A DNA stretch of 64,000 bases from Gemmatimonadales bacterium (GCA_965249575.1 OZ252244.1:2528001-2592000); one strand, 5' to 3'. Positions 36,410 to 46,749 are shown, counted from the stretch's first letter. Program-made: numbers and translations. The notes: generated by a model from the letters alone, not told the origin.

Positions 36410-37947
36410 TCGAACACTTCCTCGAGATTCTGCGTCCAGAGGGGCTCAAACCCGCGGAGCCGGCCGCTCCCGTTTCGCGTCGGCGTGTCGTCCTCGATCT
36501 CCTCGGTGTCCGCATCTGATTCCGGATCAGGTGAGCCACTCGCAGCCCCAGCAATCGCGATCCCCTTCTCCTTCGCGAGGGCCTGCTCCGCCTTGAGATC
36601 GTCGAACACTTCCTCAAGGTCGCGGCCCTGCTCGCCCACCACGCGCTTGCGGGAATCGAAGCCCTGCTCGACCGCGAGGACGGAGGCCTGGATATCCTTC
36701 AGCGGATCCACCCACGGCCACCCACGCGGTTGCCACTCGACGCGGAAGTACTCGGGCGTCTGCAACCGAAGGTCGAGCTGGCCGGAGAGGAGGCCCATCT
36801 CGACCCAGGCCGCGTAGACGCGGCGATGCAGGTGCTCAATCAGCCACTGTTGGTGCCAGCGGTAGCCGTCGCGCTCGTCTAAGAGGCCGGCGCGGATGCT
36901 CGAGAAGTTGATGGAGCTCAAGTCGTTCGTGAGGGACGTGTAGCTCACCCCCAGCCCGGTGGCGATCGAGCGCAGCATCGCGCTCGAGAAGTCCTTGAAG
37001 GCAGCGTTTGGGTGTTGGGGATCCCAGGGCGTGAACTGCATCCCTGGGGGGAGCTCATCGAACACCCCAGGCTCGGCATCCATCGTGAGCTTCTTCGCGT
37101 CCGGACCCGGCGGCTGCCCGTTCTCGCCGTCCGACGTAAAGAAGCCGCCTTTCGCTGCGGCGATGCGAGACGCGACCAGCTCGGCCTCGTAATACCCGCG
37201 GAGCATGTTGAGATCGAGCATGACCGGCGCGAGCCAGGTCACCCCGCGTGTTTGGTTCACCCGATACGGATCGTAGAGGTGAATGATCTGATCCGCCGGC
37301 ACGCGGATGCGCTCGCGGGAACCCAGTTCGGACGGATGAGTCGCGAAGAGGTGGTACGCGACCGGCTCGCCCCAGTCGTTGACCTCGACCCCCATCCGGA
37401 TCTCGTTCCCCTCGGATGATCCGCGGGGCCGATTGAGCGTGTGATCGAGGAGGTCGGGGTCGATCGGTTGGAGGGCAAACGCGAAGGGATTCTCGAACCC
37501 GCGAACCAGACGGACGAGGGCCTCGCCATCCTGGGCGACGGTCGCGATGAGCAGGGACTGGAGTCCACGCCACGAGAGCCGGCGATCGACGCTCGCATGC
37601 TCAGGCTTCCCCCATTCCGCCCAGCTCGCCTCAATGCGCCGGTTGATCGTGTCCCGTGGAAGCCCCTGCGCGTTCTGGAGCCGTGCCTGGAGTCTGACCC
37701 CCTTGTGGCCCACCACGTTGTTCCGGAGCAGCTGGATGTACCGGCGCCCCCAGGACGTATTGCGGACGAGCTCCCGGGCGCGGCCGCGCAACGTGAGCAG
37801 ATCGCCACGGATCTCTTGGTCAGCGGAGAGATGGGACCATACCCAATCGAGGAGGAGCCGGTTCGAGTCAGCGGCCGACCAGGACGACGCCCGCAGCCCC
37901 GACTTTCGCTGGAGGCCGAGCCAACCGACCGCTCGGTCAAGCCACAC
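36406..37947 (-). CDS. Portal protein, lambda family
   Basis: LRGRARELVRN, QTRGVTW, NFSSIRAG, WVDPLKD. Confidence 0.95.
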   Translation of the reverse strand: MWLDRAVGWLGLQRKSGLRASSWSAADSNRLLLDWVWSHLSADQEIRGDLLTLRGRARELVRNTSWGRRYIQLLRNNVVGHKGVRLQARLQNAQGLPRDTINRRIEASWAEWGKPEHASVDRRLSWRGLQSLLIATVAQDGEALVRLVRGFENPFAFALQPIDPDLLDHTLNRPRGSSEGNEIRMGVEVNDWGEPVAYHLFATHPSELGSRERIRVPADQIIHLYDPYRVNQTRGVTWLAPVMLDLNMLRGYYEAELVASRIAAAKGGFFTSDGENGQPPGPDAKKLTMDAEPGVFDELPPGMQFTPWDPQHPNAAFKDFSSAMLRSIATGLGVSYTSLTNDLSSINFSSIRAGLLDERDGYRWHQQWLIEHLHRRVYAAWVEMGLLSGQLDLRLQTPEYFRVEWQPRGWPWVDPLKDIQASVLAVEQGFDSRKRVVGEQGRDLEEVFDDLKAEQALAKEKGIAIAGAASGSPDPESDADTEEIEDDTPTRNGSGRLRGFEPLWTQNLEEVFE

Positions 37948-38521
37948 GGGGAAACCTTGCCTTCACCTGTTGACCCACCCGTCCGGTCCGCTCACGCAGG
38001 ACCATCGCGGCGTATTTGCCACGGAGCCCGTACAGCTCGCGGATCGGGATCTTGCTGACCGACCGCCCGCCCACCGAGTACGACTCCATGTCCACCGAGA
38101 ACCGGCCCTCGATCACCGCCTCGATCACCGCCAGGGTGCGCTCCGCGTGGCTCTGGTAGTCGCCGGCGCGCGCCTCGCGTGGGTTCTTCCGGGCAAAGAC
38201 CCGGCTAATCGAGATCGTCTCTTCACGGCCGGCATACGTGCCACTGCCCACCATCCGGCCAACGAGCGTGTAGAGTCCCTCGCTCACCTGATCGGTGGTA
38301 GCCAAGGCTTCCGAAATCAGCCAGTGGTTCTGGTCGTCGCCGGACGTCTGCCAAACACCCGTGATGGTGAGCGGCTTATCGATGCCACCGAGTTCGTACG
38401 TGAGGGTCCAGCCCTCGGACTGTGGGTAGTCGGCGAGGTCGGCGATCCGCCAGCGCCAGCTATCGCCAGCGACGACTTCGGACGGAACGCCGGTCGGCGT
38501 GATAGGGACCATGGGGTGCAT
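37937..38521 (-). CDS. Head completion protein (gpW-like C-terminus)
   Basis: SYSVGGRSVSKIPIREL; between terminase and portal. Confidence 0.7.
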   Translation of the reverse strand: MHPMVPITPTGVPSEVVAGDSWRWRIADLADYPQSEGWTLTYELGGIDKPLTITGVWQTSGDDQNHWLISEALATTDQVSEGLYTLVGRMVGSGTYAGREETISISRVFARKNPREARAGDYQSHAERTLAVIEAVIEGRFSVDMESYSVGGRSVSKIPIRELYGLRGKYAAMVLRERTGRVGQQVKARFPRVA

Positions 38522-38586
38522 AGTGAGTGCCCCCCGAATACGGACAAAGGGTTAGGAAGCGTGAGAGGGTGACAACGCTGTCACCC

Positions 38587-40485
38587 TTACCGCCAGCGAT
38601 TCACCCAGCGATTCGACCGGCGGCGGCCTTTTGGTGCCTCGGTGGGTTCCGTGGGGGTAGCCTCTTCGCCCTCCACTGGCTCTTCCTTTTTCCCCGACGC
38701 GTCGACATGGGCCACCCACCGACCCAGCTGCTCCGTAACCCCACGTCCTAGCGCGTGAAGCGCCGCGAGTGAGAGGCAGTACAGATCGATCGCTTCGTTC
38801 CGGTCACGAACGAGTTGGTAATCTCGGATTCTGACGCCCTTCTTGAAACGAGTCACGACCTTTTCGGCTCCAAATTGGGCGAGATATTCGCCGTCAGCAC
38901 CGTCCTCTTGGGCGAGGGGGAAGTGGAGATAGCCGGGTCCTGGTGCCTGGATCCGGAGCCTCAAGAAGAGCGCGTCCTTCGCCGTGTCCGTGCCGATCGG
39001 CCAGACCCGCACGCCATGGCGATTGACGCGGCTTGGCTTCCCAATCAACGGCCGGCCGCGCTCCGAGGAGCCCTTCGTCGCGTGCACGCCACGCTGTTGA
39101 CGCGGTCGCACGAAGCGATAGACCGCGTGGGTGAAGGCACCCGAGTCGATCGCGCAGGCGCGGATCCGAAGGCTCGCCCCGTGCTCGTGCCGGTATGGTT
39201 TCGTCACGAGGGCCTCGAGGCGTTGCCAGACCTCCTGCCGCTCCGGATCTCCGTAGACCCGGTGGTGGGCGATGAGCCAGGATTCCTCGCCCGCCCCCCA
39301 CCCTCTGACCTCGAGCTCCACGCGATCGCCCTGCACATCGACGCCACCCGTGAGCACGCCGACCCCGACCGGCACTTCGGCTGAGTACGCCTCCCGTCGC
39401 GCCTCGAGGCCGGTCGGGTCGATCTGCTCACCTTGCTCTTCCCAGGTCTCGCCGAGCACGGTGTTCACGAAGACCTTGAGCCGCTCGGGGTTCCCCTTCG
39501 CCTCGAGGAACTCGCGCACCAACTCTTCCCACCGGGTCCAGGGCGAGTACAGCGCGTTGAGGTGAAAGCCCGCCGCCCGGGCCCCGCGGTTCTCGCTCAC
39601 CCACGCTCCGCGCTCCAACATCCGCGGCTTGTATATCTCCTCGATCAGCTTCTCACACCCGATGCACTCATATCGCGGGCTCTCCGGCTTGCCGCTCGCC
39701 CACTTGAGCTGCTTCCAGGTCAGTGGCTGCGGATGCCCACAGGAAGGACAGGGCACATGGTAGCGCCGCTGATCGCTTTGCTCCCAGGCATCGTGAATCC
39801 GCGAGGCGCCCTTGACGGTCGGCGTCGACATCAGGATCACTTTCCGGTTCCAGAACGTCGCCGTCCGCTTCACCGCCAGGCTCACCGGATCCCCTTCCGT
39901 CCCCGCGGAGGCGGGATACCGATCGACCTCGTCCGCCGCGACCACGCGAATCGGACGCATGGCGAGGCCCGCCGCGCTGTTCGCGCCCACGATCGTGATG
40001 TGGGCACCCGGGAACCGCTTGTGGAGGATGGTGTTGCCGCTATCGCGCGAGCGCGGCTCGTGGATTTTCCCGCGTAACCGTGGGGTGTCGCGGAGCATCG
40101 GCGCGAGACGGTCGGTGCTCCAGGCGCGCGCCATCTCAAGCGTCGGCTGTAACACCAAGAGCGGCGACGGATCCTGGTCCATGTAATAGCCGATCAGGTT
40201 GTTGATGATCTCCGTCTTCCCCACCTGGGCGCTCGACATCACGACAACCGTCTCAATCAGCGGCTCCGCACAGACGTCCATGATGCCGCGTTGGTAGGGC
40301 GCGCGGCTCGTATGCCACTTCCCCGGCTCCGCAGACGCTTCCCGGGAGAGCATCCGGTAGCGGTCCGCCCATTCGGATGGCGTGAGATCAGGAGGGGGCG
40401 CGAGGCCGCGGCGCAGCACGCTTGCGCGCACGCTTTGCCACGCGCGCTGGGCTCGCTCGCTCGGAACGGCCAGCGGGAACTGCAT
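38587..40485 (-). CDS. Terminase large subunit, lambda GpA family
   Basis: SAQVGKTE, ADEVD, STPT, GVDVQ, RNEAIDL. Confidence 0.95.
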   Translation of the reverse strand: MQFPLAVPSERAQRAWQSVRASVLRRGLAPPPDLTPSEWADRYRMLSREASAEPGKWHTSRAPYQRGIMDVCAEPLIETVVVMSSAQVGKTEIINNLIGYYMDQDPSPLLVLQPTLEMARAWSTDRLAPMLRDTPRLRGKIHEPRSRDSGNTILHKRFPGAHITIVGANSAAGLAMRPIRVVAADEVDRYPASAGTEGDPVSLAVKRTATFWNRKVILMSTPTVKGASRIHDAWEQSDQRRYHVPCPSCGHPQPLTWKQLKWASGKPESPRYECIGCEKLIEEIYKPRMLERGAWVSENRGARAAGFHLNALYSPWTRWEELVREFLEAKGNPERLKVFVNTVLGETWEEQGEQIDPTGLEARREAYSAEVPVGVGVLTGGVDVQGDRVELEVRGWGAGEESWLIAHHRVYGDPERQEVWQRLEALVTKPYRHEHGASLRIRACAIDSGAFTHAVYRFVRPRQQRGVHATKGSSERGRPLIGKPSRVNRHGVRVWPIGTDTAKDALFLRLRIQAPGPGYLHFPLAQEDGADGEYLAQFGAEKVVTRFKKGVRIRDYQLVRDRNEAIDLYCLSLAALHALGRGVTEQLGRWVAHVDASGKKEEPVEGEEATPTEPTEAPKGRRRSNRWVNRWR

Positions 40486-40954
40486 CAAGTTCTGGGTCTT
40501 CACCGGTCTCCGAGAGCGACGCCATGGCTTCGGCAATGGCGGTCTTGAGCATGGCCAGGGCCTCCGCATACGACCGCAGGCCGATGCTCAACGGAGCCAC
40601 CTTGCCCGGGAAGACCGTCAGCTTCGCCCGCAGTCGCTCGCAGATCGCCTCGAGCTGTTGCTGCATGTACGCGAGCGGGACCAGCCGACCCTCTTTCTCC
40701 GCCAACTCCATCTCGGCGAGCTGGCGCTGCACACGCACGAGTGCCGCCCGCTCCTTGTTGAGATCCGCCGGCCGCTCGGCCTCCGCCGCGTCCAGCTTCC
40801 GCCGGAAATACCACGCGACCGCGTCGGCGCCATACAGCACCCGCCGGCCGCGCCTGACCCGCGGGATCCCTTCGACTAACAGATTGTCGATCTGGCGAAC
40901 GGAGAGGCCGAGGAGATCGGCCAGCTCTTTCTTGGTGTGGAGACCGTCGATCAT
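40388..40954 (-). CDS. Terminase small subunit (Nu1-like)
   Basis: KKELADLLGLSVRQI HTH + coiled coil + GRLV. Confidence 0.85.
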   Translation of the reverse strand: MIDGLHTKKELADLLGLSVRQIDNLLVEGIPRVRRGRRVLYGADAVAWYFRRKLDAAEAERPADLNKERAALVRVQRQLAEMELAEKEGRLVPLAYMQQQLEAICERLRAKLTVFPGKVAPLSIGLRSYAEALAMLKTAIAEAMASLSETGEDPELDAVPAGRSERASPARVAKRARKRAAPRPRAPS

Positions 40955-40994
40955 GTAACCGCAACACCGTCACACACTTCTGTCGCTAAAAAAA

Positions 40995-41043
40995 TGTTGC
41001 CCTCGCACGAGACCTGCGGTGAAAAGCCCAGGAAGGACCCGCG
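40995..41043 (-). other. Putative cos region
   Basis: Lambda cosQ heptamer GGGTCCT (41034-41040) just upstream of the small terminase gene. Confidence 0.6.
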
Positions 41044-41051
41044 ACACGTGC

Positions 41052-41270
41052 TCACATGCTCTTCGGTCCATTGCCGATCATCAGCTGGGGTACAACGATC
41101 TTCGAGGCTTGCTGTTGCGCATTCTTGTCACCATTACGATGGATCGTCTCCTTGGCCATCTCAAGCATCGCGTAGCAGACGGCGCGGTTGCCCGGACCTT
41201 GGATGCTGAACTGGTTGAGGCCGGCGTCGCACTCAATCACGAGCCGGAGCTTCGGTTGTGGTCCCGCCAT
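41052..41270 (-). CDS. Phage hypothetical protein
   Basis: 72 aa, GAGGT RBS. Confidence 0.55.
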   Translation of the reverse strand: MAGPQPKLRLVIECDAGLNQFSIQGPGNRAVCYAMLEMAKETIHRNGDKNAQQQASKIVVPQLMIGNGPKSM

Positions 41271-41272
41271 GG

Positions 41273-41926
41273 CTACCTCGCGGTGCGCATCGCGAACTCG
41301 AACGCGCGATGGAAGTTGGCTTGCAGGCGTTCGGGGGTCGCGACGCGGCGCGCCGTTCGTTCGAAGCGAAGGCTCGCGGGGATCCGGACGCTGGTGACAA
41401 GCGAATAGAGAAGGCGAATAGACGAGCGACGCCGTCTCCCCACCCGTTGGAAGATGCCACGGAATGCACCACGTTCGACGAGGAAGGTCCGCTTCTCGCC
41501 TCGGTACTGCGTCTTCCCACCCGCCGTGTGGTGCGCTCGCAGTGCCAGGGCCTTGGGTCGGAGCCGACGAGACCCCACGCCGGTCTTCCCGCGCTTGACG
41601 TCAATAGGCACGGCGATGCTCCGGCCTGAATGAGGACGCTTCACGCCACCTCGCTCGAACTTCGCGAGGAAGTCTCTGGTCGGATCGATGCGCACCGTAG
41701 CTCTCAGGTTCCGTTTGTTGGCGAAGTCTTGTCGGTTGATCTTCACGGTGCGGAGCACGAACTGCTTCCGGCGCAGGGTGAAGGTCTTCTCGATCTGCGC
41801 CCGTTCGGCGGCTTGGATCTGTTTGATGGTGTCGTTCAGCGCTTTCGATGCCGCAAACGGCACTTGCCGTCTGGCACGGTCAGTGAGGTCAAGCGCGGGC
41901 TTAAGGTCAGCAACGATCTGGATCAT
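41273..41926 (-). CDS. Tail completion/neck protein (lambda Z-like)
   Basis: QVPFAASKALNDT; highly basic. Confidence 0.7.
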   Translation of the reverse strand: MIQIVADLKPALDLTDRARRQVPFAASKALNDTIKQIQAAERAQIEKTFTLRRKQFVLRTVKINRQDFANKRNLRATVRIDPTRDFLAKFERGGVKRPHSGRSIAVPIDVKRGKTGVGSRRLRPKALALRAHHTAGGKTQYRGEKRTFLVERGAFRGIFQRVGRRRRSSIRLLYSLVTSVRIPASLRFERTARRVATPERLQANFHRAFEFAMRTAR

Positions 41927-42059
41927 GCGACCTTCTCACGCACCCGGATCTCAATGAACTCGGCACCCAGGAACGTGATGATGGCTCCACCCGACAGCGT
42001 GGCCCGAACCTCGCCTCGATAGAGCCCAGGCGTAAGGGTGATCGCCCAAGGGTATGGGG

Positions 42060-42371
42060 TTACCTACCACTGTTGGGGATTGCCGACAGAGAAGAGGGTG
42101 ACATTCCTGTCACCCTCGAGTAGACGAGCCGGTAGGCTTGTGCTTCGTTTAGTAGGGCCCGCTTCCGTCGCTTGAGGTAGCCGCACGCCTCCAATCGTCG
42201 AAGGCATCGGACCGCGCATCGCCAAGGCATACCGGTTTCATGGACGAGCCACATCCGCTTCACGCGCCGGAACTCCACCACATCCAGAATGCGCTGCAGG
42301 GCCTCGTAAACGCGCAAATCGGACCGCCGGAGCTGGGGGTCCTTCGCCGCCTCGTGGAGGGCGGGAATCAC
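42060..42371 (-). CDS. Winged-HTH protein
   Basis: DLRVYEAL...LVHETGM...LRRLEACGYL. Confidence 0.55.
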   Translation of the reverse strand: MIPALHEAAKDPQLRRSDLRVYEALQRILDVVEFRRVKRMWLVHETGMPWRCAVRCLRRLEACGYLKRRKRALLNEAQAYRLVYSRVTGMSPSSLSAIPNSGR

Positions 42372-42385
42372 AGGCTGTTCCGGCG

Positions 42386-42410
42386 TGTCACGGAACTTAT
42401 CACGGAACCT
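42386..42410 (+). promoter_or_regulatory. Putative integrase arm-type sites (right)
   Basis: TGTCACGGAACTTATCACGGAACCT. Confidence 0.65.
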
Positions 42411-42490
42411 TCGGGGTTTCTCTGGGGGGTTCTAGGGGGTGGTGACGATTGGTAAGATGCTAAGTCGTAGTGCTTTATGCCCCGGGATGC

Positions 42491-42536
42491 CTGACTCTTA
42501 ATCAGTAGGTTCGGGGTTCGATTCCCTGGCGGCGCA
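42491..42536 (+). repeat. attR: displaced 3' half of host tRNA-Lys
   Basis: 21-bp core, T arm CGGGG-TTCGATT-CCCTG, GCGGCGCA. Confidence 0.9.
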
Positions 42537-42716
42537 CGTTGCGGCGGCGCTAATTGCGTCGCCGCTCAGTTGCTGATCGGTCCGGGGTGAACGAGCGAGC
42601 CGCTCCCGCGCCCGCTCGTCCGCTCACCGTCCCTCGCCCACTCCCGTGGGCTCGGTCGGCTGCTGCGTCGATTCCCTGGCGGAGCATCTGTCGGCGGCGC
42701 TAACTACGTCGCCGCT
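42518..42716 (+). repeat. Imperfect duplication (150-bp period) of tRNA 3' end plus hairpin
   Basis: TCGATTCCCTGGCGG...CGGCGGCGCTAA..CGTCGCCGCT at 42518 and 42668. Confidence 0.75.
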
Positions 42717-42801
42717 TTGCTAACGGTCGGTCGGGGCTAGCGGCAGGCGCGTCCCCGCGCCGGTGCTTGCCAGGGACCTGACGCAACGGCATCATTGCGC
42801 C

Positions 42802-43620
42802 GTGCCAAATCAATCACCGGGCGGTGCGTCGGCCGTTGGCGAACGCAGTCGGAGCACCAAGACTCGGCGCAGTGAGCGGCGGGGCCGCTTCGCCCCCGAG
42901 AGCGGGCTACGGCGCGTTTTGTGGGTCGTGACGAGCTACGTCGTCACCCACATGACGGCCACGGTATTTTGGGTCCTCTTTCGCGTGCTCAATCGGACGA
43001 CGTTCCGGGGCAGAGAGCACGTCGACGGCCAGCCAAATACACTACTTCTGTCCAACCACCAGTCCATGATCGACAGCTTCCTGGTCGCGATGGTGTTCTT
43101 CGCTGGGTCGTGGACCAGGCCGCACCTTTTGCCATGGAATCCCGCGGCGGAGGAAAACTTTTACTCCAATCCGCTCCTCGCCTGGTTTTCGCGACACTGG
43201 AGATGTATTCCCGTTCGGGAAGGGCGTCGCGACCTCCATGCGCTGCACCGGATGATCGGGGTGTTGCCCAAGGGGGTCATGACCCTGTTTCCGGAAGGAA
43301 CGCGCACCAGGGACGGTTCCGTCGGGCGAGGCCGACCGGGTGCCGGTCTGGTGATTCTCGGGACGAGACCGAAAGTGATACCAGTCGCGATCGACGGGAT
43401 GAACGAGGTGCTGCCCATCGGTAGCTACCGGCCCCGAATTGGCAAGCGAATCTACGTGACTTACGGGCCGCCCGTGGATTACTCGGAGTTCCTGGGGCAG
43501 CCGCGCACCCGTGACATGGCACAGGCGGTGGTCGACCGCGTCACCACGGCCATTCAAAGCCAACTCGAAGAGATACGACGCCTGCGTGAGGACGCTCGGC
43601 CGAGGACGAGTATGGGGTAG
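42802..43620 (+). CDS. Lysophospholipid acyltransferase (PlsC-like)
   Basis: NHQSMID and FPEGTR motifs. Confidence 0.9.
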   Translation: MPNQSPGGASAVGERSRSTKTRRSERRGRFAPESGLRRVLWVVTSYVVTHMTATVFWVLFRVLNRTTFRGREHVDGQPNTLLLSNHQSMIDSFLVAMVFFAGSWTRPHLLPWNPAAEENFYSNPLLAWFSRHWRCIPVREGRRDLHALHRMIGVLPKGVMTLFPEGTRTRDGSVGRGRPGAGLVILGTRPKVIPVAIDGMNEVLPIGSYRPRIGKRIYVTYGPPVDYSEFLGQPRTRDMAQAVVDRVTTAIQSQLEEIRRLREDARPRTSMG

Positions 43621-43629
43621 GCGTTCCGC

Positions 43630-44064
43630 TCAGGACGGCGGGGGGCCGGCCAAGAACCGTTCGACGAGCCTGTTGGTGGCGTGGAGGATGGCCACCGCGC
43701 CATCCCGGGGGGAAAAATCGTCGGAAATCGAGGAGCCGACGAGCCGGGCTTTACGCTCCGATTCCCTCGAGGACAGCGAAGCGATGACCACTACGGCGTC
43801 GAACGCTTGTACCGACTTAACGCCGATGAGCTCGAAACTGGCCTGCCCATTCATGGCATGCTCTATGGCCTGGAGCATCGCGGCGGCGGCGCAGCGAAGT
43901 TCTCGAGGTGGGGAACTGACGTCCTCGGACGTGCCGACGAAAGACTCCCCGGGCTGACCTCCGAGGACCACACGGACGGTAGCCCGCCCGGAAGGCGAGC
44001 GGCGGATCTCGAACTCCTCGAACCGAAGCCGGCCCCTCAATGAATCCTGGTTCTGTTCCCGCAC
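43630..44064 (-). CDS. Hypothetical protein
   Basis: 144 aa ORF with plausible composition. Confidence 0.6.
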   Translation of the reverse strand: MREQNQDSLRGRLRFEEFEIRRSPSGRATVRVVLGGQPGESFVGTSEDVSSPPRELRCAAAAMLQAIEHAMNGQASFELIGVKSVQAFDAVVVIASLSSRESERKARLVGSSISDDFSPRDGAVAILHATNRLVERFLAGPPPS

Positions 44065-44179
44065 CTCTCATCGCCTTTGAATACGGGAGAGCGTCGCAAA
44101 AAAAGTGCAGCCGGGTACGGCCGTGCGCTAGCCGGACGAGGGGAAAGTCTCGGGCTCGCCCGCGAGACCCGCTCGGGCT

Positions 44180-44809
44180 TCAGGTACCCAGCAGTCCCTG
44201 CAGCTCGTTAGCCGTCATCCCATCCCTGTCGTTGGTTGCCCACTTGGGTCGCTGGGAGAAGACCCGCCGGATCATGGCTTCGAAGGATTCGAGTGGGAGC
44301 GTGTCGTAATCGGGGTCGAAGGAAGCCTGGTCGTACTCGCAGAACCGCACGGTGCGCTCGTAGGCGGGGTGATCCTTGAACCGGTCACGGGCGTTTCGAT
44401 CCATTCCCAGGTGGTGGAAGTAATAGTATCCCTGAAAGATGGGGTGATGCTTCACCATCCAGCGATTCTCTTCCGACACGAACGGTTCCAGGATCGCGGC
44501 AGACACATCGGCGTGGCTGTAAGGCGAGAGAACGTCCCCGACATCGTGGAGTAGGCAACACACCACGTACTCTTCGTCCTGCCCGTCCCGCTGCGCCCTC
44601 GTGGCGGTTTGGAGCAAATGGGTGAGCCGGTCGATGGGGAATCCGTCATTGCCACCTCGACCCCGTAGCACGTTGAGGTGATCTATTATCCGATCCGGCA
44701 ACGCGCTGGACCACGCTTCATCGGCCTTCTCGAGGCGCTCCAAGTCCTCTTTGGTCAGGTCCTTGAGTTGTGTCCACTTGGGTCGGACCTGCGGAGACTT
44801 CTCGACCAT
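44180..44809 (-). CDS. HD-domain phosphohydrolase/oxygenase
   Basis: HLLQTA...LLHDVG...H...HH...D. Confidence 0.85.
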   Translation of the reverse strand: MVEKSPQVRPKWTQLKDLTKEDLERLEKADEAWSSALPDRIIDHLNVLRGRGGNDGFPIDRLTHLLQTATRAQRDGQDEEYVVCCLLHDVGDVLSPYSHADVSAAILEPFVSEENRWMVKHHPIFQGYYYFHHLGMDRNARDRFKDHPAYERTVRFCEYDQASFDPDYDTLPLESFEAMIRRVFSQRPKWATNDRDGMTANELQGLLGT

Positions 44810-45143
44810 GTGCTCTCCCTGTGGGAGGTGTCTGTCCTGGCGCGTCCCGCGAGCGATTCCCTATCCCGGCGCGACGTGACCGTCACAGTAGTTACCGGAC
44901 TCGGCGCCGTCGTTGGCACTGACGTGCTCGAGATAGGGATACTACCGGCTGGCATTCCCAGGTGGAAGCCCTGCATCTCGCGTCCCGGTCGTGACCTTGC
45001 CGAGGGTGTTCTCCCAATTAACTTATGCGACGGCGATCACTCTGTTGGGGGGCGAGGTACTGCTTCCGGTCGCCTCCGACTCGTTGACTCACGACCAACA
45101 AACCAATGCCCAGAGTCTCACGCGAAGTGAGGGAGGAAGGGAA

Positions 45144-45392
45144 ATGACGGCACCGGTCTCGATAGAGCGGTTCGTGAAGGAGCTGGAGAAACTGAAGGAG
45201 GAAATGAGCGGTGGCAGGCTCGAGCATGGCGAGTACGACCAGCGGCTCGCCCGTGCTATCCAGGAGCTTCGGGAACGCGGGCTCGATGCCGATCGTGCGG
45301 CGATTACCGCCGCGCTCGACGATGCGCTGCAGAAGGGCGTCATCGTTTCCTCGGTCAGGGACCATATCGGGAAGCGACTCGGGTTGACCTAG
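45144..45392 (+). CDS. Small hypothetical protein
   Basis: GGAGG RBS; 82 aa helical. Confidence 0.6.
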   Translation: MTAPVSIERFVKELEKLKEEMSGGRLEHGEYDQRLARAIQELRERGLDADRAAITAALDDALQKGVIVSSVRDHIGKRLGLT

Positions 45393-45486
45393 CGCCGCGA
45401 CGGGGCCCTGCCGCACCGTGCCGTCCTCGGCCGACGGGGTGAAGAGTCGGTCGTCGTGACGGATCTGCTCACCGAGACTCGCTGGT

Positions 45487-46749
45487 CTACTGGACGGGAA
45501 CCCACGTGCCGCGCGCATCGTAGCCCGGACTCGATGCCCAACCGGCGGCCTGCCACATGATATCGAAGGACGCTCTCATGGGATCGGCTACGTGCTCCGG
45601 CACGCTGTCGAGGATGAGCGTCGGGAGGTGGGCGTTCTGCTGGTCGAACCCCTGGCCCTGGACCGGGTCGCCCTTCCCCATACCGCGGTTACAGAGCCGA
45701 AGCCCCTCGACGCCGGTCATCGTCAGGCAGACAGCGTAGGGTGGCTGTCGATCGGCAGCTCGCAACCACGTGACGCCCTTGTCGAGCCAGCTGATGATGT
45801 CGCGCTCGATCATCCGGCCGTTGAGAACCCGGACCCCGCTCGAAGCCTCGCTGTACGCGCTGAGGTGTGCGAACACCTCGATCCCGCCGTGCCTGAAGTA
45901 CTGCGTGTACGCCGACGTTTCGCCCTTGTAATGGGCGTATCCCAACCAGCCGTCCAAGTTCCGACGGGATGTCCACCCCAGAATGAGGCGGCCGGGCTTC
46001 AAGTGCGAGCGCCAGTCCAGCTCGAGTGCATCGGCGTCGATGTTGGATTCGAGGCGCCCGACGGGGAGAATGTGTAGAAACAGTCCCGGTGTACCGGCGG
46101 TGAAGGCCAGATCTCCGCGGAGAGCGCCGGAGACTCGATTGGAGCGGAAATCGACCGTGTCCTGCCGCCTCTTTTCGGACTCTTGAAACGCATCTCGTAG
46201 CTGAGTCGGGAGCATCAGGTGCCTGCCTCCCGCATCGCGGCTCCAGAACTGGCAACGCCCGTCGAACACGATGGCGTGTGGCCCGTGAAGACTCTGTGGA
46301 ATCTCGAGCACCAGGAAGTGGCCGGCGCTGTCTTCGAGAGCGTGCCAGCGGGGATCGACGAGCGGCGGGTCAACGTGCTCACTGAACAGGGCGTCGAGCC
46401 GCCGGCTGTCCCGATCTTGATCCAGATTCTTGAGGGGGGCGACCTTGGTCGGGACGCCATCCTTCGCATCGATGCCGAAAATCACGATGCCGCCCGAGGC
46501 GTTGGCGAGCGAGGTGATGGACTGGAGCAGTCGTTCTACGGACGCCTTGCTCTTCTCGGGAAGCCGCCGGAAATAATCCATGTACCGATCCTGGCGGCGG
46601 GCGTTCTGGACGAGGTCGCGCATGTCCTCCGCCGACAGCTCGGTCGGGGACCTCCCGTGGACTGTCGGCACCGCGCCGGCGCTACGAACCATGGGCAGCG
46701 TCGCGCGGCCTATGGCGATTGGCTGCGTGGCGGAGTCTGGGTCGATCAT
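45487..46749 (-). CDS. AlbA_2 (Schlafen-like) domain protein
   Basis: SLANASGGIVIFGI...VLEIPQS..GPH. Confidence 0.75.
   Translation of the reverse strand: MIDPDSATQPIAIGRATLPMVRSAGAVPTVHGRSPTELSAEDMRDLVQNARRQDRYMDYFRRLPEKSKASVERLLQSITSLANASGGIVIFGIDAKDGVPTKVAPLKNLDQDRDSRRLDALFSEHVDPPLVDPRWHALEDSAGHFLVLEIPQSLHGPHAIVFDGRCQFWSRDAGGRHLMLPTQLRDAFQESEKRRQDTVDFRSNRVSGALRGDLAFTAGTPGLFLHILPVGRLESNIDADALELDWRSHLKPGRLILGWTSRRNLDGWLGYAHYKGETSAYTQYFRHGGIEVFAHLSAYSEASSGVRVLNGRMIERDIISWLDKGVTWLRAADRQPPYAVCLTMTGVEGLRLCNRGMGKGDPVQGQGFDQQNAHLPTLILDSVPEHVADPMRASFDIMWQAAGWASSPGYDARGTWVPVQ

Noticed and set aside
42491..42536. Second tRNA gene
   Set aside because: Lacks the 5' acceptor strand and D arm; it is attR
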